A stretch of 64,000 nucleotides of DNA from Geosiphon pyriformis uo1. Its lineage: Eukaryota; Fungi; Glomeromycota. The stretch's first letter is position 1, and every line of letters starts with the position of its first letter. This document shows, piece by piece, positions 54,696-64,000 of the stretch. The stretch lies in contig JAAOMT010000047.1 of the NCBI GenBank assembly GCA_016748015.1, forward strand, positions 126,977 through 190,976, given 5' to 3'. Under the pieces are notes generated by a model that worked only from the letters and a program-made list of their open reading frames with translations, was not told the DNA's origin and ran no database searches. The translations under genes and the position numbers were made by a program.

Positions 54696-54896
54696 GAATT
54701 ATTGTTTTTTTATTTGTTTTCATATTATCATAAAAATAAACAAAAAAATCATATGTGGGGTTTCATTCAATGGTAGCAAATATAGAATAATTATCTTTTT
54801 TTATCCTTCTTTTTTTAAAAAAAAAGAAAATTATTTCGACGTGTTAAAAATACGTGATATATTAGTGTTTCTTCTTTTACAGTTTATCTATTTTAT

Positions 54897-54990
54897 AAGG
54901 GCAATAGCTGAAAAAAAATAAGAGCAATAGCTAGCTAATGAATCCAAGAAAAATAAGGGCAATAGCTGGCTAATGAAGCCAAGAAAAAAT
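54897..54990 (+). repeat. Short tandem repeat (two ~35 bp units plus a partial unit)
   Basis: taag(a/g)gcaatagct(a/g)gctaatgaa(t/g)ccaagaaaaa x2, preceded by taagggcaatagctg. Confidence 0.8.
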
Positions 54991-55387
54991 TGTTATTATA
55001 AACAGAAAAACTATTTTTATGAGTAAACACATATTTTCAACTCCGTGTGCCATGTTTTTTATCCAAAAATATTTGATTATTGAAAAATAAATAAATCGTA
55101 AAGATCATATAGTCAATGAAGTTTTTTACTAAATTCGCTTTATTTTTGGTTAATTATGAGTTACTTTGGGCAATTATAATCGTTTTCAAACCAAAAATCA
55201 ATATTAACAAAACAAATTATGATAGGGGTTTAAGTTACTGAAAAATAAAAAATCCGAAATTAAGAAATTTTAGTTGAAAGAAAGAAACAAAAATATATAA
55301 AAAGCAAACTAACTTTTACTCAAAAATTATATCCTTAAAAAATATTTTAGACTCTTCAAAATCTAAGACTAATTCTAACAGGCAAAA

Positions 55388-56356
55388 ATGAATAGGCCAT
55401 TTGGCACTTCACCTGTTACTAGATCTCTTACTACACCTAGTATGTCGACTTGTTGTTATTGCATCAATTTGAAACCGGGTATGGTACTTATTTGTTTGCT
55501 CATGATGGTATATTATAACAATCTTTTATAATTTCCTTAGTTTTATTTAACATTAATTATCATAAACTAATAAATTATATGAAATTTTTATTAGATATAT
55601 AACTTTTTTGGTGGATTTGTAAGATTTGTAAGATTTTTTGATTTTTATGATGTTCAGAATAGAGCAATAACTAATTGTGAGAATTTAGCATATATTTTTT
55701 GTTAAAGTCTTTAATATATTATAGTTTTTTAATAAAAATTATTTTTACTTTTTTAGTAGAAAATTTCGCTGCGGATTTGTATCTATTTTTAAGTATTTTT
55801 GATGGTATACGCTCTCTTGGATTTTCTCTACGGTTTAATAGTTATTTGTTTTACGGTATGTTTATAAATATCTCCCAATACTAAAGATAATTACTTTAAT
55901 ATTTTATTTGGCTAACGCTTAACTTTCTAACCTTTGAACTTCTTTTTTAGAGTAGCCACCACCTCCTCCGCCCATATATTACATTTACCTACCTAAACAA
56001 TGCAATCGAGTTGATTCTTGGGATTATTGTAATGATCCTCTGTAATCGTTTACCCCATGGTAGAATTTATATTTTCCCTGTAGGGTATTCATATTGTAAT
56101 TCCCCTTCCCCTTTAGGGCTATTATTTTATATTGTTTCTACAGTTTTAACAACACTATTACAGGTAAGTAAATAGAGTATTATATTTTAAAGTAATAATA
56201 TTTAAAAGAAATTGGTTAAAAATAACTTTAACACCTATTTTCATCCTTTCTTAGATTTATTTCTCTTTGGTTTTTTCTTCATATGCTAATAGTTGTCGTG
56301 AAAAAGAGGAGATGGCCAACCAAACCTCAGATCACGAGAAGATCACAGTCGCATAA
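55388..56356 (+). CDS. Small four-transmembrane protein with N-terminal CCYC motif (~192 aa), function unknown
   Basis: Exons 55388-55507, 55595-55676, 55794-55855, 55951-56163, 56255-56356 splice in frame: ...STCCYCINLKPGMVLICLLMM/IYNFFGGF.../LFLMVYALLDFLYGLIVICFT/SSHHLLRPYITFTYLNNAIELILGIIVMILC...LLFYIVSTVLTTLLQ/IYFSLVFSSYANSCREK...*. The exon 3 acceptor is the least certain junction. Confidence 0.7.
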
Positions 56357-58447
56357 TGTTTCCCAATCTCGCTATCGTTTTTTTGTTTTAATACTCTTTA
56401 TAACTAATATTCAACAACTTACAATTAAAGTGTCTCATAATTTAGATTTTGCTTGTATACAATAAATCGAATATTATCCTATTGATATAAAAACTCATAT
56501 TTATTTTTAAAATTCCCAAAAAATGTATTCTAACTTGAAAAAGAAAATTTCTACGATTGTTTCACGAGCTAAACAAAGAAATGGTAAATCATAAATAGTT
56601 CGAAAAAGCTGGGCAGCATCCAGATCCGTATAATGAATTTAAAGGCATCATAACGGACATCAAATAATTTACCCGCTATTTTCAATAAATTTTTCTAAAT
56701 AATTAAAAATTTAAAAACAGTGTGATGGCTAAAAAGAGATGTTTCGATATCTTAAAAATTTTTATGGATAATTTTTTTAGAAATACTATACTTCTTAATT
56801 TTTATTACATTTATAGAAAAAGAGAACAAGGATAAAACTATTGCAAGAAATTATCAGGTATTTCAAAATTTATGAGATCACAAATTTCCCCTGCAAGTGA
56901 ATAGGCTTAAATTTTAAAATTTGCCTGCTAAAAATTTTATTGAATTGTGCTCAAGATTTTTTCCCAATCAGAATTTTGAACTACTCAAACTTTGAAAGAG
57001 CAGAACTCTCATTTCGAAAAACCTAAATGGTGTCTAATATGCCAAAATTGGTATTAAAACAAAATATTAATAATGTAACATTCTTCATTCAAGAATTTTC
57101 TTTATAATGTTATATTTTGAAGTAATAGGCTATAAATGGCAAGGAATATAAAGTGGGTGATTATAAAGAATTAGTATAAAAATATAGAAATGAAATTAAT
57201 TAGTCTCAGAGATAGCAATTTTCAAAAATTATAAATTTCTAAAGGTTATAAAATAGTTCATATGTTTAAAGTTTCAAACTATACTTGTTTTTTACCAAAA
57301 AAATTTTTATGAACTATATCTATTTAAAAAGAGTATTCGAAACTTCAAATGACAAATATAATTATTAATAATCTACAGCTTTAAAATCCATTACTTATAT
57401 AATTATCCAAATAGATTAACGATCATATTGACAAAGGCTAAATATAAAATTAAAGTATATATACAAATCCAAATATTGGTAAGTCTTTTAAACCAATTTA
57501 TTCCAAAAAAAATTGTTTCTCATGATCCCTACCCTCGTACAAAAAAATTTAGAATTTTTTAAAATGTCAATTATAATTACCATTATTCAATCTTTTAATA
57601 TTCATCAATTATACAATATATTAAAAATAAACAATCATTTAATTTTTATCCTACACTTATCATTATTTAAATGTATTTTATTTAAAAGTTTAAACTCTTA
57701 TTACAACAACTGACAATATTTATACCCTGCAAATAAAAGTGTTATTTTTATAGAAAAACGTGACAAGTTTTAATTGAATATTTTGTGCAACTCATTTTTT
57801 TTTCTGAAAAATTTTTAATTTTCACTTTGGAAAAAAAGATTTTACTAATTCATATCAAAATCTTTCACTCTCTCATTTATTGCGTTGAATTTCACACGAT
57901 TAAATTTAAACGAAACTTTTAATTGGTAATGTTCTTAAAAAGTATGGATCGCCACAATTTACACAATTTTAAATTCAAACGCTCATTAAATCCGATTTAA
58001 ATCTGATGAAGATAAAATATTGTAAATCAGAGCTTTTCTATTTATCTTTAAGCAATATTTTAATCTTTGAGATAATTCAAAGAATGACCACTTAATTTGT
58101 ACGACTGTTTAGTTTGTTTCCTTTTAAACATCGATACTAATCAAGGCACTACTAAAAATTGCGCTGCAGACTAATTGTTAATATAAAGCGATAATTTTAT
58201 GATTTTGTCTAAATAACGAATTTTTTTATATAGCTCCAAATTAGAATTGTCTTTATTATTCAATATTTAAAGTATATATATAGAGGCAGTCCTTTCTTGA
58301 ATTTATGATCATAAAAAAACAAAAAAACTGCTTTTAATTAAAAGTCAGAAAGAAAAAGTTAAAACAATCACTTTTAAGGTGTTTGATTATTTAAACATTT
58401 TGACTTTCACCAAATCGAAAACATTTGCCCTTGTGGGTAAAAAAGAA

Positions 58448-59866
58448 ATGGAAAGCACTCATCATTTCAACTTTTCCTTTATTCAATTTGTATTCATTTT
58501 TCTGATTGTGATTCAGAATATAACAGGTGAGTCAAAAAATCGTTTTACAAACTTCTTTAATTTGAATCTTTTCTAATCCTAAAGTTATCGAAATTTTCAA
58601 TATAGATGTACATGGTAGATGTGACACTGTAATCCAAGTAGAAAACCAAAATGATCTTTCAGCTCTCAAAAATTGTCCAATATTTTCAGGGACCATTTCT
58701 GTAATATCAACCAGGCTCAAAACCCTTACAATCCCATACATAAAAGAGCTACACGGAACAATCCATGTTCAAAATAATCTTCAACTCGAATCCATCTCAA
58801 TTCCAAATTTATCAAATGCAAATGACATTGTATTGAATGACAATGCTGCTCTGGCTACTGTAGAAGTTCCTTCTTTATCAAAGGCAAATACATTCACTAT
58901 CCATGGAGCACCATCCTTAGAGAGCGTAAGATTTGTATCAGGACTCTCGGAGATTAATAATTTTGAGTTGTCACATACTGGGGTATCAGAGTTGACTGGT
59001 TTAGTTGCCTCGTCGGTCGGTGCTTTGAGATTGATGAATAATGAGAATATTGCAAAAGTTAGTCTGCCTAATCTTGTTTCAGTCAAAACAATTGACCTGT
59101 ATTCTAATTCAAATTCTGGACTCCATTTTGCGGTAATTTGAAGCAAGTCTTAAATTAATCTTGGTTTTTTTAATTTACAATTTATCCTTTTTTCTTTTTC
59201 CCATAGGCACCAAATTTAGAAAACTTCGGAGAGGGGGTTTTTAGAAACCTTGCCTCAGCATCCCTTCCATCCCTAAAGAAGGTTGCCTCTGATCTTTGCT
59301 TCAACGAAAATAAAATGGATATGCTCTCTATACCAAAGTTAGAAGATATTGGCAAAACCTTGATAATCGCAAAAAATGAAAACTTGAAATCAACTTTCTT
59401 TCCAAACCTATCGCACGTTGGTGGACTATTATTGCAAAATAACCCAAAACTAACCGAAATTGAAGGTTTCAAATCTTTGAATAAAGTTGACAAATCGGTA
59501 GACATCACGGGTAATTTCTCGAAACTGACCTTATCAAAAGTACAAGATATTAATGGTGGATTAAATGTCCAATCAAGCTCTTCAGAATTTTCGTGCAACG
59601 AGATCAATGAATTAAAAGAAAAAAATATCGTCAAAGGAAAAGATTTTGTTTGTAAATCTGGTGTCAAGGATCCAAAGCCCCTCGGAAATTCTAAAGACTC
59701 GGACGACAAGACAAAGGATAAAAATAATACAACAAAGACTGAAATACACCCATCACCTACTGGTAAGTTACAGAAAAATGAAGCGGGACATAATGGAATT
59801 GGGAGGATTAACATTGTTAAATTCATTTTGGGATTCGTTGTTGTGATTGTATTAGAAAGTTGGTAA
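58448..59866 (+). CDS. Ecm33/Pst1/Sps2-like GPI-anchored cell-wall protein (receptor L-domain repeats), ~421 aa
   Basis: Exons 58448-58526, 58606-59132, 59207-59866. Signal peptide, C...QNDLSALKNC..FSGTI, repeated LxxLSxPxLxxV/IG units, ITGNFSKLTL..V..INGGLNVQSSS..FSC...IVKGKDFVC, hydrophobic C-terminus. Confidence 0.88.
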
Positions 59867-60499
59867 TGTTGTGTTTTTCGACGTTCCACATCTTATTGCT
59901 TTGGAGGTTTAAATGATTAGTTTATTGATAAATTTTTAAGATGCAATTTTAGTTTAATAAATTTATTAGTAATAATGTGGGATTATATAATAAATTTAAT
60001 TATTTTGCAAAATATCATGTTTATTGAGATTTCAAATGTGTCGTATAGTTCATTATTTTAGAAGACCTCTTATAAAATCTTGTCCTTGAACTGGGGTTAG
60101 ATATTGGAAAAATTAAAGTTTTCAATGATCCCAGATAAAATTTTGTATTTAAAGAATTTTCTTTCTTGAACTTTGTTTATGATGCACTTTTGTGTATTAT
60201 GTAAATTAATATAAAATAAATTACTCTGTTTATATTCTTAAAAACTATTTTTAGGTTTTATTCCCAAGCTTTTTACCTATTTCTTAAGGTAATGCTAAAA
60301 ATGAGTTTTAGAGAGCATTATTCAATGGAACCACATATTTCTCATCTTTTTTGATTAAAATTATTTTTCAAATCTCAGGTCCCATAAAATGCCTTCAGGG
60401 ATCTTTACCACTGAAAATGGAAAAAGTAGGCATCCGGAAAATAAAATTCCACCCTGCTTTTATAAGATTCTTCTTATAAAATATTTATTCCGATTGTGC

Positions 60500-60980
60500 A
60501 TTTATTATAATATACGATGAGTTTCTAATAGAAAATCTTTTATTTTAAACAAATTATTTTACTGTAAAACATTCTGTTTCATTAAATAGATACAATAGGA
60601 GCGAATTTCTAAATGGACCCATAAACATTTGAACGACGATTGGAATCAGACTATTTTTAGGGATGAAACAACTTTTTGTCTCTTTAGAAACACGATAGAA
60701 CGCTGGTATAGAGATTTACGACTAACTCACGGCCTACCAAAAGATTGAGAAAAACTTTTGCTTGGGTTGGTTTCTATAAGGAAAGTAAAACAAGTTTACT
60801 AGAATAATGACTAGTGAATTTTATGTAGAAATACTTCGGGCTCGTTTATCTGAACTAAAACGAAAGCTAGGAAGTAGGTGGCGATTCCAACAAGACAATC
60901 ATAAAAGTCAGATTGCTCAAGCATTTCTTACCGCCAATGTGCCCAATTTTATAGACTGGCTCGCCCACAGCCCAAAAATT
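60500..60980 (+). mobile_element. Tc1/IS630 transposase relic
   Basis: KWTHKHLNDDWNQTIFRDETTFCLFRNTIERWY...FYVEILRARLSELKRKLGSRWRFQQDNHKSQIAQAFLTANVPNFIDWLAHSP. Confidence 0.85.
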
Positions 60981-63900
60981 TAGAATTAGAATAATGTATG
61001 CAGGAGGAATCGGTGATTGAAATGAATGGTGATCATTAAACATATCGAATAAAAGCCCTAGTTTTCAAGAAGCAGGTTTCATGTGATTTTATGCATTAGT
61101 AACCATTTAATTAATTTTAAAAAGTTTTCTCTCATGAAAGAGAAGTTGGGTCTTAAATTTCTCAAGATTATAGGAAAATCATTATGTTTTTATATCCTTC
61201 TCGGTTTATAATAATACTATGAGTTATTCCTTTGATTCAATCAATTAAAATTTATCGATAAATTAAGAATAAAACTTGATCATACAACTTCTACAAAATA
61301 CTTTTTTTGGAGGCAAACACATAAATACTAGTGTGAAAAAGTGATTAAAATTAAATTATATTAAATTATATTGAAATATATTTGATTATAGTGCAGGTGT
61401 TTGAAAGGAGTAATTATAGCAATTCTTATCTGCTTTGAATCATTTGTATTAAATGTAATGTTTTTGCCTTGAGCATGTATAATATGAAAAAATATAGTAT
61501 TAATTGAATTTTTGGAGTTTTAGATTCTGTATCCAACCCCCTTTTAATGTAGAAATTAAATTTGTAAAGAATTACAAATAATTAAGGTTCAGAAATCTAA
61601 GAAAATGCAAAGTTTATTAATTTAGTAATTTTAATTTTGTGTTATTTGCCATGGCAACAGGACTCATCGTAATTCTTTCTATTGAAAATGGTATTTAGTG
61701 AAATATTGAGGTATTAATAAAAAAACTTCAGTACCAATTTTGGTTTTCTTGGTTAATATGCTCTTAAAATAAAAATTAATTATTTGAACTTTTTTAATTA
61801 CCAAGAATATTGGTTTCTATGGATTAAAAATTATTAAACTAGACCTTCCTAGGTTTTAAGTGAGTGAGCGCTGGATGCAATTCAGAAATATTTGTGCATT
61901 TTTTGCAATCAAAGAAAATTTTTGAATAGACAACAGCTATAGAAAGATAGGGTGAAAAATGAGGCTCCACAAGAATTTTAGTAATACCGTCTACTGAACA
62001 TAGATAATGGTTTAGAGACTGGTTTTTCTCAAATAATAACCTTAAAAATTTCGAATAAAGTGTGAATATTATTAAAGATGACAGATTTTAAAGTTGTGGG
62101 TGGGCTATCATTAATAAAATGATATATTCGAAAAATATTTTCAAAGCTCTAAATTAATTTTAGAATATAGCAAATTATTGATTTCAAGAAAACCCAACAA
62201 ACTATGTAAAATTATTATATTTCAAAAAATTATAGAATTAGAGTACATTTTTAATAGCCATAACTACTTTCTTGAAAATTATAATTAATTTTAACACAAT
62301 TTTTAACTATTTTTTTTTGAAAGGGTTCTTTATAAATATCATTATTGCTCGTTTGATTCGAAAAGACGTCTATACCTTGTCTCATCTTAGGTATTACCAC
62401 AACTATTAGTGATTTTGAATCACTATGTAGAAGATTCATCTTGGTTTGAGTAATTCTAAAGAAATTCTCAAAAACTGACACAAGCAATAATGTGGGAAGA
62501 TTAAGTTTAAATTTTTAGAATTCAGCTCAATAAAAATAAAGTCTCAATTCTTTCACATGAAATTATGATAATATTTTGCGAAAAATAATCTATGAAGTTT
62601 TAATTATTTCTTTTCTAAATCCCAGCTAGGCTTTAACATAAGAAATGAGTAAAAAAAAATTTTATCAAAATTGGAATTTTCAAGAAAAAGCTCTATCAAT
62701 TAATAAATAGTTGAATTAGATTACTAAGTAAGATTTTCAAAGTCAAAAAGAAAAAACTTTTCTTTTTTGATCTTAAATGAGCGTGGTTAATAAAAGATGT
62801 TGGTCTAGTGTAGCATTTTTACGCCATGAGGAAAATTGCATTTGACAAAAAAAAGTTGGCATTGAAGATGGTTTATAAAACCTTTCAATTTGATAATTTT
62901 CATCATAATAAAGCTTAAGATTATTAGGGAATTTAAATAAATTTCAACGGAATTGACTTGAAATATTTAGCCATAATGGCAAAGTTAACATTATTTAATA
63001 TTGATTATACATACATTCTTACTTTCAAAAACTAAAAAATATTAATATTTTTGATAAAATATTTTCTGTCAAGTTTCACTTGAACAAAAAATATTGAAAG
63101 TTAACTAAAAGATAAAGCAATTTTAATCAAATAATTTGTTAATTCATTCAATGATGATTAATGATTACTTTTAATTTTATATTAGGCAGAATTTCATAAA
63201 GTATTTTTGATTAATATTTAACATCTAGTGTGACTTTTAATAAACAGATGGGTACTTAAAAATTAGAACAATTTTGTCAATATAAAAATAACTTTATTAC
63301 TGAAAAACAAAATCTACCAATGAGGCGCATAACCCTTTTTTTATAACTTTATAAATTTTAACATCGAGTCAAGCTTCTGTTTGTGAGTTTCGGTTTTGAT
63401 AAAATAATGATAGCATTGAAAAAGTTTTAAATAAGTTTTGGAAATGTTAGAAAATGATATATTTTTAATTATTTATTTGATGTACAATATAATGAAATCA
63501 CAAGTTGATGTTTTTTCTTAAAAGATTTGGATTTGAGAGTTTTCGAATAAATCTTATCAGCTTTTATATATAGTAATAACTAATTTTATTAGAAATTTTT
63601 ATATAGTAAATATATTTTAATATTGTTTAATATTTTTTATTATAACTTATTTTTTTTATATATACTTTTTATACTTGAAATTTTGCAAGTTCAATGCTAA
63701 AACTGTTTTAGTTGATTGTAAATTATCATAAAAAAAATTGTTTTTTGAGCTTTTAAAATTAAAAAAATTAAAAAAAAAACTTCTTTTTTTTCAATTAACC
63801 AACTTTCAAATTACTGTAAACTCTTTTCAATGAAAAAATAATATTAAATTCTATCATAAATATATTAATAAAATATTATAAAAATCAATTATATACATTA

Positions 63901-64000
63901 AAATATTCATTAATATAGTAATTTAATATTTTTGAAAATTTATTTTCATATATTAAAAATTTTCTACACCAAGATCAATTATTCTATTATTTGTTACTTT

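Noticed and set aside
54897-54990. CRISPR-like ~35 bp repeats
   Set aside because: Units are adjacent with no unique spacers, there are no cas genes, and the context is eukaryotic.
58532-59889. Long antisense ORFs (69, 121, 235 aa)
   Set aside because: Opposite strand of the Ecm33-like exons; no independent motifs.

Overview
Eukaryotic, very AT-rich fungal DNA: GT-AG spliceosomal introns of about 60-140 nt, low gene density, and large C/G-depleted stretches of decayed repeats. Gene and transposon content looks Glomeromycotina/Mucoromycota-like, possibly Geosiphon-like (inference from memory, not a search result). Manual splicing gives 12 protein-coding genes: two tandem GPI-type chitin deacetylases (CE4/NodB); a PTC7-type PP2C phosphatase with a hydrophobic N-terminus; a secreted lipase-3-fold protein whose catalytic Ser is replaced by Ala; a 9-exon GGPP synthase; three paralogous 5-exon single-C2-domain genes that the ORF track misses, two of which flank a DUF1399/GRDP-like gene with two microexons; a secreted Pro/Glu/Lys-repeat protein; a hidden 5-exon four-TM protein; and an Ecm33/Sps2-like GPI protein. 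Mobile DNA includes a disrupted Fanzor2/IS607-TnpB-type RNA-guided nuclease gene, five Tc1/IS630 transposase relics (one with TIRs), a ~3.5 kb foldback element built from two inverted Tc1 3' ends, and a probable solo LTR nested in a decayed retroelement. The strongest leads are the Fanzor relic, the C2/GRDP cluster with CRE-like promoter sites, the pseudo-lipase and the foldback element.
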